Origin: Patescibacteria group bacterium
Lineage (GTDB): Bacteria; Patescibacteriota; Patescibacteriia; UBA2591; UBA6264
Direction of reading: 5' to 3'
DNA length: 64,000 bases
Assembly (NCBI GenBank): GCA_028713575.1
Contig: JAQTOB010000002.1
Location: 1,371 to 65,370, forward strand
The notes beneath the pieces are model-generated. The model saw only the letters and a list, made by a program, of their open reading frames with translations, was not told the DNA's origin and did not search any database. Numbering within the stretch: the stretch's first letter is position 1; the number at the start of each line of letters is the position of its first letter. The translations under genes and the position numbers were made by a program. Below, piece after piece: positions 17,476 through 25,478 of this stretch.

Positions 17476-19908
17476 ATGAAATTATCGTATAACTGGTTAA
17501 AAGAATTTTTACCCAAATTGAAAAACCCTTTTGAATTAGGAAGAATTTTAAGCATAAAAGTGGCGGAAGTGGAAAAAGTTTTTGAAGCGGGGAAAGAGTT
17601 TGATAAAATAGTAGTGGCAAAAATTTTAGAAGTTAAATATCACCCCCAAGCAGATAAATTAAAAATTGTTTTAGTGGATACGGGTAAAGAAAAATTAGAA
17701 ATCGTTTGTGGCGCATCAAATATTAAACCAGGACAAAAAGTGCCCTTGGCATTAGAGGGGGCTTATTTGCCCGCCGGCGTAGGCAGGTTAAATGGAATGG
17801 AAATAAAAACCGCTGTGATTAGGGGAGTAGAATCAAAAGGTATGCTTTGCGCTGAAGATGAATTGGGACTGGGGCCTGATCATCAGGGTATTTTAATTTT
17901 AGATTCTAAAGCAAAGGTTGGCCAACCTTTAAGTGAATATTTGGGATTAAATGATTTTATTTTGGAAATAGAAAAAAAATCATTAACTCATAGGCCAGAT
18001 TTGTTTAATCATTTGGGTTTTTGCCGAGAAATGGCAGCAATTTTGAATTTAAAGATAAAAGAGAATAAACAGAAATTAAAAATTAGTAAATCAAATAAAT
18101 CGCCATTACAAATTAAAATTTTAGACCAAAAACTTTGCCCGCGTTATATGGCCGTGGTAATGGAAGGAATAAAAGTTGAGCCTTCGCCAGACTGGCTTCA
18201 GCATAGATTAAGAAATTTAGGGGTCAGCTCCATTAATAATATAGTTGACATCACCAATTATGTTTTAATGGAACATGGTCAACCCCTGCATGCTTTTGAC
18301 GCTGATTTAATTAAAGATAATAAAATTATAGTTCGTCAGGCAAAAGAGGGAGAGAAAATTATTGCTTTAGACGATAAAGAATATGAATTATCAGAAGAAG
18401 ATTTAGTGATTGCCGATAGTCAAAAGCCCATTGCTTTAGCCGGCATTATTGGCGGAAGAAATTCAGCCATTAATCAGAATACGCAACGGATTGTCATTGA
18501 ATCAGCTAATTTTAACAATGTTAGAGTAAGAAGAACTTCTTGGCGTTTGGGCTTGCGGACAGAAGCGGTCATCAGATTTGAAAAAGAATTGCCCTTGATT
18601 TTTAGTGAAAATGGTTTAAATCGAGCCATTGAATTGATTCAAAAATTAACCAAAGGAAAAGTGGTCAGCAAATTATATGATTTAAAGAGTCCAGGGGCGC
18701 AGGTAATACTAAAACAAAAAAAAGAAATTGTTTTTAGTCCAGAAAAGGCTAGGAAATTTATTGGTGAAGAAATAGAAGATGAAACTATGAAAAATTTTTT
18801 GCAAAATTTGGGGATGGAAGTAAAAAGGGGAAAAAATCAATGGCTTGTGAGAGTGCCGTTTTATCGTCAAGATTTAAATATCTTTGAAGATTTAATTGAA
18901 GAGATTGTGAGGATTTACGGTTCAGACAAAATTATTCCTCAACCGGTTTTTGGCGAATTGCGTTCGTTACGCCAAAAGCAAGAATTTGTTTTGGAAAAAG
19001 AAATAAAAAATGTTTTAATCGGACTTGGTTTTAGCGAAGTATACAGTTACATTTTTTACAACACTTCTTGTGTTATTGACCAGGAAAGACATTTATCAAT
19101 TGAGAATCCGCTGAATAAAGATCAGAAATTTTTAAGAACCACCCTTTTGCCCATGCTTTTGGAAAAGGCGGAAAAAAATATCAATTATTATTCTCAATTT
19201 AAAATTTTTGAGGTCGGTCATGTTTTTTATAAAGAAAAAGAAAATTATTTTGAAAAAAAGAATTTGGCAGGGATTATTACTTATTTAGAAAAAGAAAAAG
19301 ACGAGTTTAACCATTTAGAAGAAGAGCCGATTTTTCAAACAATGGGTTTATTGGAAACATTTTTTAATAATATCGGATTAGAGGTTAAATACGAGAAAGC
19401 TGATAGCCAATTTTTAAAAAATTCTTTTAATGGTTATTGGTTGGCGGCAAAAGATTCATATAAAATTAGGATACAGAATAAAACAGTTGGCGTCTTGGGG
19501 GAAAATAAGGTCCAAGAAAAAGAACATAAATTAGAAAATGATTTAATGGTTTTGTTTGAAGTTGATTTGACAGAATTAATGAAACTTAATTTTTCAGAAA
19601 AGAAATTCAAGCCCATTCCTCAATATCCGGCGGTAAAAAGAAACCTTTCTTTTATTTTAAATAAAAATAATTTTAATTGGTTTGAGATTTCTACGGAAAT
19701 ATTTAAAATAGACCCTTTAATTAAAAATGTGGATTTTTCCGAATTTGTTGATGCTAAATGTTTTAAGGATGGAAGTTGCAATTTATGTTTTTCTATTACT
19801 TATCAATCTTGGAAAAAAACTTTAAAAGCAGAAGAGGTGAATATTGTTGAAAAAAAAATTATTGATTTGATGAAAGAAAAATTTAACGCTCACTTAAGGA
19901 ATTTCTAA
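17476..19908 (+). CDS. pheT: phenylalanine--tRNA ligase beta subunit
   Basis: 810 aa, with an N-terminal tRNA-binding domain followed by B3/4 and B5 domains and an FDX-ACB-like C-terminus. It sits directly downstream of pheS. Confidence 0.9.
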   Translation: MKLSYNWLKEFLPKLKNPFELGRILSIKVAEVEKVFEAGKEFDKIVVAKILEVKYHPQADKLKIVLVDTGKEKLEIVCGASNIKPGQKVPLALEGAYLPAGVGRLNGMEIKTAVIRGVESKGMLCAEDELGLGPDHQGILILDSKAKVGQPLSEYLGLNDFILEIEKKSLTHRPDLFNHLGFCREMAAILNLKIKENKQKLKISKSNKSPLQIKILDQKLCPRYMAVVMEGIKVEPSPDWLQHRLRNLGVSSINNIVDITNYVLMEHGQPLHAFDADLIKDNKIIVRQAKEGEKIIALDDKEYELSEEDLVIADSQKPIALAGIIGGRNSAINQNTQRIVIESANFNNVRVRRTSWRLGLRTEAVIRFEKELPLIFSENGLNRAIELIQKLTKGKVVSKLYDLKSPGAQVILKQKKEIVFSPEKARKFIGEEIEDETMKNFLQNLGMEVKRGKNQWLVRVPFYRQDLNIFEDLIEEIVRIYGSDKIIPQPVFGELRSLRQKQEFVLEKEIKNVLIGLGFSEVYSYIFYNTSCVIDQERHLSIENPLNKDQKFLRTTLLPMLLEKAEKNINYYSQFKIFEVGHVFYKEKENYFEKKNLAGIITYLEKEKDEFNHLEEEPIFQTMGLLETFFNNIGLEVKYEKADSQFLKNSFNGYWLAAKDSYKIRIQNKTVGVLGENKVQEKEHKLENDLMVLFEVDLTELMKLNFSEKKFKPIPQYPAVKRNLSFILNKNNFNWFEISTEIFKIDPLIKNVDFSEFVDAKCFKDGSCNLCFSITYQSWKKTLKAEEVNIVEKKIIDLMKEKFNAHLRNF

Positions 19909-20027
19909 CAGCGCTTGGTGCAGAAATCATAAACCCTAAATAAATTCATATTTTATATTTAGATATTCGGATTTTGATATTATTTAGAGTTTAGAAATTA
20001 GAATTTATAAATTTAAACGAAATAATT

Positions 20028-21017
20028 ATGGCATATGATATTTTAACCATTGGCGGAATAATGCGAGACGTTATTTTTTTAACCAAAGAAGGTTTGATTA
20101 TTGAAAATCCGCAAAATCCTTTATGTCAGCGTCTGCTTGGTTTTGAATTGGGCGCGAAAATTTATGTTAATCAAGTTCATTTTGAAGCCGGCGGCGGAGC
20201 GAGTAATACCGCGGTTGGATTTTCCAGGCTTGGTTTAAAAACAGCGATTATGGGTCGGGTTGGTCAAGACAGAGAAGGGGAAGAATTGATTAAGGGTTTA
20301 AAGAAGGAAAAAGTGGATACACGCTGGATTCAAATAGATAAAAAATTTAGCACCGGTTTTGCCGCTATTCTTGCTTTAAGCCATCGGAAGAGGGCTCATG
20401 CTATCTTTGCTTATCGTGGCAGTAATGATAATTTGGTTTTAAAAATAAACAAAGAAGAAGTAAAAAAAGCGAAATGGATTTATCTTTCATCATTAAGTTC
20501 GCCAATTTGGGAAAAGTTCCTCAAAGATGCCTTTTCTCTTAAAACTGGAAAAATAAAACTTGCCTGGAATCCTTCCAATGTGCAATTAAAAGCCGGATGG
20601 AAAAGTTTAGATAAGTATTTGAGAAAAACAGATGTTTTAATACTTAATGACGACGAGGCAAGGGAATTAGTTTTATCAAAAACAAGAATTAAAAATTTAA
20701 GCAATAAAAATTTACTTCAACATCTTTTTCAGATGGGTCCCCAGATTTCTATTATTACTGCCGGCAAAAAAGGAGCTTACGCTTATAATGGGAAAATGTA
20801 TTATCAAAAGCCGGCGCCAGCCAAAGTTATTCACGCCACGGGCGCGGGTGATTCTTTTTCTGCCGGGTTTATTTCCAGCTTATTTTATTGTCCCCAAGAC
20901 ATACAAAGGGCTTTAAAATGGGGAGTGACCAATAGCGCTTCGGTTATTGACCATGTTGGAGCGCAAAAAGGATTATTGAATAAAAACCAAATTATTAAAT
21001 TAAGTAAAAATGTTTAA
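20028..21017 (+). CDS. PfkB-family carbohydrate kinase (ribokinase-like)
   Basis: GGGASNTAVGFSRLGL (GG motif) and TGAGDSFSAGF (anion-hole motif). Confidence 0.8.
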   Translation: MAYDILTIGGIMRDVIFLTKEGLIIENPQNPLCQRLLGFELGAKIYVNQVHFEAGGGASNTAVGFSRLGLKTAIMGRVGQDREGEELIKGLKKEKVDTRWIQIDKKFSTGFAAILALSHRKRAHAIFAYRGSNDNLVLKINKEEVKKAKWIYLSSLSSPIWEKFLKDAFSLKTGKIKLAWNPSNVQLKAGWKSLDKYLRKTDVLILNDDEARELVLSKTRIKNLSNKNLLQHLFQMGPQISIITAGKKGAYAYNGKMYYQKPAPAKVIHATGAGDSFSAGFISSLFYCPQDIQRALKWGVTNSASVIDHVGAQKGLLNKNQIIKLSKNV

Positions 21018-21606
21018 GGTTCCCGTAGAAATATCCGCTCGCCATGTTCATTTGAGTCAAGAACACTTAACGATTCTTTTTGGCTCTGATTATCAATTAA
21101 ATAAATTGAAAGATATTTCCCAGCCGGGGGAATTTTCATGCCAAGAGACTTTGATTTTAAAAACCGATAAAGCAGAAATAAAAAACGTAAGGATTGTCGG
21201 TCCCTTAAGAAAACAAACACAGGCAGAAATATCTTTAACCGATGCCAGAAATTTAGGGATAAGGCCGCCGATTAGGATTTCTGGAGACTTGACCGGGTCG
21301 GAAAAATGTTCTTTAATCGGACCGGCCGGAATGATTGATTTAACAGAAGGCGTGATAGTGGCCCAACGCCATTTACATTTAGACCCAGTTTCCGCCCAAG
21401 AAAACAAATTAAAAAATAAAGAGATAGTTTCTGTTTTGGTTAATTCTAAAAATAGAGCAATTACTTTTCATCAAGTTATGGTCAGGGTTTCGCCTAATTT
21501 TAAGAATAGTTTTCATTTAGATACAGACGAAGGCAATGCCGCCGGCCTTAGAGGAGGGGAACAAGGAATTGTTATTAAAAATGAATTTCATAAAGATGAA
21601 TATTAA
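21010..21606 (+). CDS. pduL: PduL/EutD-type phosphate acyltransferase
   Basis: Two PduL repeats: VPVEISARHVHLSQEHLTILFG and VIVAQRHLHLDPVSAQ. Confidence 0.65.
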   Translation: MFKVPVEISARHVHLSQEHLTILFGSDYQLNKLKDISQPGEFSCQETLILKTDKAEIKNVRIVGPLRKQTQAEISLTDARNLGIRPPIRISGDLTGSEKCSLIGPAGMIDLTEGVIVAQRHLHLDPVSAQENKLKNKEIVSVLVNSKNRAITFHQVMVRVSPNFKNSFHLDTDEGNAAGLRGGEQGIVIKNEFHKDEY

Positions 21607-22657
21607 AAAACCCAAAATAGCCGTAGTTATTGTTACTTATAACGGTCGGAAATATATTTCCGATTGTTTTAATAGTTTAAAAAAACAAACCCTGCCGGTT
21701 AGTGACATTATTTGTGTTGACAATGCTTCCCGGGATGAGACAATTGAATACTTGGAAAAAAAATTTCCCGAATCCAATTTAATCAAAAACAAAAAAAACC
21801 AGGGATTTGCCCAAGCCAATAATCAGGGGATACAGATGGCCTTACAGAATAATCCTGATTATGTTTTTCTTTTAAACCAGGATACAATTTGCCGCAAAGA
21901 TTGTTTAGAAAAGTTAGCGGAACAGGCGGAAAAGGAAAAAGAAAATATTTTTGCTTGGCAACCCTTAATTTTCTGCTGGCCACAAAAGGATTTAATTCAA
22001 ACCGCCGGAGACAAAATTCATTACCTGGGTTTTGGTTTTTGCGGTGATTACAAAAAGTCAGTTAATCAATTATCAGTTATCAAGAATCAATTGCCTGACA
22101 TCACTTATGCTTCCGGCGCGGCGATGTTCATCAATGCTTCCGCCTTAAAAAAAGTAGGTTTTTTAGACAAGGACCTGTTTTTATACCACGAAGATTTAGA
22201 TTTATGCCTGCGGGCGAGATTTTTGGGTTATGAGATAAAATTAGCGCCGACGGCAATTATTTACCATAAATATACCGAAGGAATTCCTAAGCATCGTTGG
22301 TATTGGTCGGAAAGGAATCGTTTGTTGACCTTATTAAAGTTCTATAAATTGCCGACCTTAATTTTAATTTTTCCCGCTTGGTTGTTTATGGAAATTGGCG
22401 TCTGGGGATTCAGTTTATTGACCGGTTGGTTTCATTTAAAACTTAAGAGCTATTTTACTTGTCTTTGGCAGATTCCTAAAACCCTGATTAAAAGAAGAAA
22501 ATTGCAAAAAATGAGAAAAATAAAAGACCGGCAGTTAGCGGAATTTTTGGAAGCAGAGTTCAGTTTTGCCGGTTTTGATAATCCAATTATTAAGAAGATT
22601 GTTAATCCTATTTTAGGAATTTATTGGAAAATAGTTAAAAAAATAATTTTTTGGTAA
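21581..22657 (+). CDS. glycosyltransferase family 2
   Basis: KIAVVIVTYNGRKYISDCFNSLKKQ…DNASRDE, then a C-terminal membrane segment. The start is ambiguous: the ORF opens at 21536 with in-frame ATGs at 21581 and 21596. Confidence 0.7.
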   Translation: MNFIKMNIKKPKIAVVIVTYNGRKYISDCFNSLKKQTLPVSDIICVDNASRDETIEYLEKKFPESNLIKNKKNQGFAQANNQGIQMALQNNPDYVFLLNQDTICRKDCLEKLAEQAEKEKENIFAWQPLIFCWPQKDLIQTAGDKIHYLGFGFCGDYKKSVNQLSVIKNQLPDITYASGAAMFINASALKKVGFLDKDLFLYHEDLDLCLRARFLGYEIKLAPTAIIYHKYTEGIPKHRWYWSERNRLLTLLKFYKLPTLILIFPAWLFMEIGVWGFSLLTGWFHLKLKSYFTCLWQIPKTLIKRRKLQKMRKIKDRQLAEFLEAEFSFAGFDNPIIKKIVNPILGIYWKIVKKIIFW

Positions 22658-22663
22658 TTTATC

Positions 22664-22699
22664 AACTTCTTGCAGGTCGCACCTGCAAGAAGTTTTTTA
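22664..22699. terminator. bidirectional intrinsic terminator between convergent genes
   Basis: 14-bp stem aacttcttgcaggt / acctgcaagaagtt with loop cgc, then TTTTTT. A related palindrome occurs at 28685-28711. Confidence 0.65.
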
Positions 22700-23143
22700 T
22701 TCCCTTATTTTCTCGGCCAGTTTTTTTAGTTCGTCGGAATCGGCTTGAGGGCCAAGAAGGGTACTCAAATATCCGGGATAATTTTCAAAAAACACTTTTT
22801 CTTTTGCCTCCATACTGATAAATTTTTTACCCAAGCCATGCAGGGGATAAAGTTTTAAATGGGCGTGATTAACCCCCATGCCTTCCATTACCAAAGCGGT
22901 CCTTTGTGTTTTCAGTTTTTTGTCCAACAGTTTAGCCACTTCTTTTCCCGCCTGCATAAATCTTTGGTAAATATCATCAGGCATTTCAAAGGCGTAAGAA
23001 TTATAATGTTTCTTAGGCATCACCAGGGTCATACCTTTGGTGTTGGGAGAGATGTCCAAAATGGCCAGAAATTCGTCATTTTCCCAGATTTTATGGCTAG
23101 GAATTTCTCCGTTAATGATTTTACAAAAGATACATTCTGACAT
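22697..23143 (-). CDS. HIT-family (histidine triad) hydrolase
   Basis: N-terminal CIFCKIING…IPS and the histidine triad region NHAHLKLYP. Confidence 0.75.
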   Translation of the reverse strand: MSECIFCKIINGEIPSHKIWENDEFLAILDISPNTKGMTLVMPKKHYNSYAFEMPDDIYQRFMQAGKEVAKLLDKKLKTQRTALVMEGMGVNHAHLKLYPLHGLGKKFISMEAKEKVFFENYPGYLSTLLGPQADSDELKKLAEKIRE

Positions 23144-23383
23144 ATTTTTTTAAGTAAAATTATTTAAGATGGTTTATATTTTAGCATAAAATAAAAACAA
23201 GACAATCATTTTAAAGCAATGTTAGACGACGGAATTTATTATTTTTTAAAATATAGCAAGACCTTTTATGTTTTACAAGAGAAGCATTTTTAAAGAAGTC
23301 GTTTTTTAAATATTTAAAAAAGAAATTTTCAGGGAAAAAGAAAAAACACTGGATTATTTAATCCAATGTTTTTTTTAAAATTT

Positions 23384-23749
23384 TTATTTGATTTGAACCC
23401 AAGACCGCTCTGGTACATGGTCATTGGGTTGATAACTCACCTCAACCAGCTCCACTTTTTCCCCCACCTTAAGATATCTCGGTGGGTTTACAATGACAAG
23501 GAATGGTATTCCGTCATTGTTTTTGACCTCAACGAATCCCAGATTATTGATAATCCGGACCGGGGTCGTTATAATGAAGATGTCATCAGGATTCCAGGCG
23601 GTAATACTGGGATTATCTCCTGGCATTGTTTTTACAACCGATTTTAGACACGGTTGTAATAAGAATATTACAATTAATACTATTGTCATTAGTATAATTG
23701 TAATAACCTCTGCTTTTATAACCCCGATAAACTTTAAAAATTTTTTCAT
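23384..23749 (-). CDS. hypothetical small secreted or membrane-anchored protein (121 aa)
   Basis: N-terminal MKKFLKFIGVIKAEVITIILMTIVLIVIFLL is a signal/anchor. It is preceded on the - strand by TTGACA-17-TAAGAT and GGAGG. Confidence 0.45.
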   Translation of the reverse strand: MKKFLKFIGVIKAEVITIILMTIVLIVIFLLQPCLKSVVKTMPGDNPSITAWNPDDIFIITTPVRIINNLGFVEVKNNDGIPFLVIVNPPRYLKVGEKVELVEVSYQPNDHVPERSWVQIK

Positions 23750-23781
23750 TTTTCCTCCTTTGATTTTAATTTACTGTCTAT

Positions 23782-23810
23782 ATCTTATCACAAAATTTCC
23801 CCCTTGTCAA
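23782..23810 (-). promoter_or_regulatory. sigma70-type promoter (- strand) for the 121-aa gene
   Basis: On the - strand TTGACA (plus-strand coordinates 23805-23810), a 17-nt spacer and TAAGAT (23782-23787). The RBS is GGAGG. Confidence 0.45.
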
Positions 23811-24048
23811 TCCCGTGTACAAGATGAGTATATAGGTAACGCTTTTATTAGTCTGGGGTCTGACCCCTAAATTATGCCCCTAAAATAGTGATTAATAAAG
23901 CGTTTTAGAAAAAAAATTGAGATTTGTAACGATTTTGATTGATTTTATTTGATTCATTATACCACTCACCAAAAATAAAAATAAAAAAAAAAGACCAGGT
24001 AGCCTTTTAATTAATATAGATTAAAGGGATTAGACGTTTTTATTTTTT

Positions 24049-24147
24049 CTAATCCCTTAATATAGCCACTATAAGTGGCAAAATATAAATAATTAACACC
24101 ACGATTATCGTGATGACAATTTTCTGCCGTGGCGATATTTCTTTCAT
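24049..24147 (-). CDS. tiny hydrophobic membrane peptide (32 aa), not in the ORF track
   Basis: The - strand reads GGAGGgaaaaATG and encodes MKEISPRQKIVITIIVVLIIYILPLIVAILRD*. It is driven by a near-identical copy of the promoter/RBS module of the gene at 23749. Confidence 0.35.
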   Translation of the reverse strand: MKEISPRQKIVITIIVVLIIYILPLIVAILRD

Positions 24148-24180
24148 TTTTCCCTCCTTTAATTTTAATTTATTGTCTAT

Positions 24181-24209
24181 ATCTTATCACAAAATTGCCT
24201 TTTTGTCAA
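24181..24209 (-). promoter_or_regulatory. sigma70-type promoter (- strand), duplicate of the 23782-23810 module
   Basis: On the - strand TTGACA (24204-24209), 17-nt spacer, TAAGAT (24181-24186). The block ttgacaa[a/g]ggg..aattttgtgataagatatagaca.taaattaaaat.aaaggagg.aaaaatgaaa is shared between both copies. Confidence 0.45.
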
Positions 24210-24263
24210 GATATGATAGAATTATAAGAAACTCGTATACTATTAATAAACCATTTTATTTTT

Positions 24264-25478
24264 ATGAGAGTAGTTCATCTTGTTTCTACTTTTCCTCCTT
24301 ATAAAGGGGGAATGGGCAATGTTTGTCTGGCACAAGCCAAAAATCTTGCTTCTTTTGGTCATCAAGTTTCCGTTTATACTCCCCTAGAGACTTCTTTGGA
24401 GATTTTGGAGACCAGGTCTCCAAAGAAGTGGATTTTGGAGACCAGGTCTCCAAAATCTAGGTCTCCAAAATCTATTTCGGACGCGGGATTTGCAGTGAGA
24501 TATCTCAAACCCCTGTTTAAATACGGCAACGCCGCTTTTGTGCCCGGTATTATCAAGAGTTTGAAAAATTTTGACCTTATTCATTTACACTGGCCGTTTT
24601 TAGGCGGAAGCGAAATTCTTCTTTTATGGCGTTTGTTTAGGAAAAAACCAAAATTGATAGTTCAGTATCATATGGATTTAATCGCTCCGGGATTGAGGGG
24701 CTTAATTTTTAAATTAAACTTTTTTTTATTTGCGCCTTTAATGGTCAAACTGGCGGATAAAATTTTAGTTTCTTCACAGGATTATTTAGAACATTCTGAT
24801 TTAAAAAGACATTGGTTGAAAAATAAGGAAAAATTTATAATTAGTCCTTTCGGCGTTGACCAACAAAGATTTTTCCCGCAAGAAAAAAAAGGTGAATTAC
24901 TGGAACAATACGGCCTAAAAAACAAGAAGATTATTTTATCAGTCGGCGGTTTAGACAGAGCTCATTATTTTAAAGGCGTTAGATTATTAATTATGGCCTT
25001 AACTGAACTAAAGGACAAAATGCCTGATTTATACTTATTGCTGGTCGGGGAAGGAAATTTACGGCCGGAGTATGAAAAATTAGCCAGTGATCTGGGAATA
25101 AAAAAAAGAGTAATTTTTAGCGGCCGGGTTGAAGATAATCAATTACCAGATTATTACAATTTAAGCGATGTTTTTGTTTTTCCTTCTTTTAGTCGGTCCG
25201 AGGCGTTTGGCTTGGTTTCTTTGGAAGCGATGGCTTGCGCCAAACCGGTTATTCTTTCCGATTTGCCCGGAGTCAGAACTTTAGCAAAAGACAACGGATT
25301 AATATCTAAAGTTAACGACATAGATGATTTAAAGGAAAAAATTATTTCTATTTTTTCTTGTTCGGAAAAATTGAAAGCAATGGGGGAGAATGGGCTACGA
25401 ATGGTTAAGGGCAAATATCATTGGCTGTCCATTGTTAAGGAGATAGAGAAAATTTATGTTCAAGCAGTTGCTTCGTAG
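24264..25478 (+). CDS. glycosyltransferase family 4 (GT-B, group 1), carrying an internal in-frame repeat insertion
   Basis: MRVVHLVSTFPPYKGGMGNV…EAFGLVSLEAMACAKPVI is the GT4 signature. A low-complexity segment LETRSPKKWILETRSPKSRSPKS is encoded by a 30-bp tandem repeat. Confidence 0.8.
   Translation: MRVVHLVSTFPPYKGGMGNVCLAQAKNLASFGHQVSVYTPLETSLEILETRSPKKWILETRSPKSRSPKSISDAGFAVRYLKPLFKYGNAAFVPGIIKSLKNFDLIHLHWPFLGGSEILLLWRLFRKKPKLIVQYHMDLIAPGLRGLIFKLNFFLFAPLMVKLADKILVSSQDYLEHSDLKRHWLKNKEKFIISPFGVDQQRFFPQEKKGELLEQYGLKNKKIILSVGGLDRAHYFKGVRLLIMALTELKDKMPDLYLLLVGEGNLRPEYEKLASDLGIKKRVIFSGRVEDNQLPDYYNLSDVFVFPSFSRSEAFGLVSLEAMACAKPVILSDLPGVRTLAKDNGLISKVNDIDDLKEKIISIFSCSEKLKAMGENGLRMVKGKYHWLSIVKEIEKIYVQAVAS
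24401..24474. repeat. 2.5 copies of a 30-bp in-frame tandem repeat containing the palindrome ggagaccaggtctcc
   Basis: gattttggagaccaggtctccaaa occurs at 24401-24424 and 24431-24454, and a partial third copy at 24455-24474. The 30-bp period keeps the frame. Minus-strand ORFs 24374-24556 and 24384-24584 are artefacts of this repeat. Confidence 0.85.

Noticed and set aside
24374-24584. Two overlapping minus-strand ORFs (60 and 66 aa) inside the GT4 gene
   Set aside because: They are produced by the palindromic 30-bp tandem repeat, which reads open on both strands, and lie antisense to a well-supported GT4 gene.
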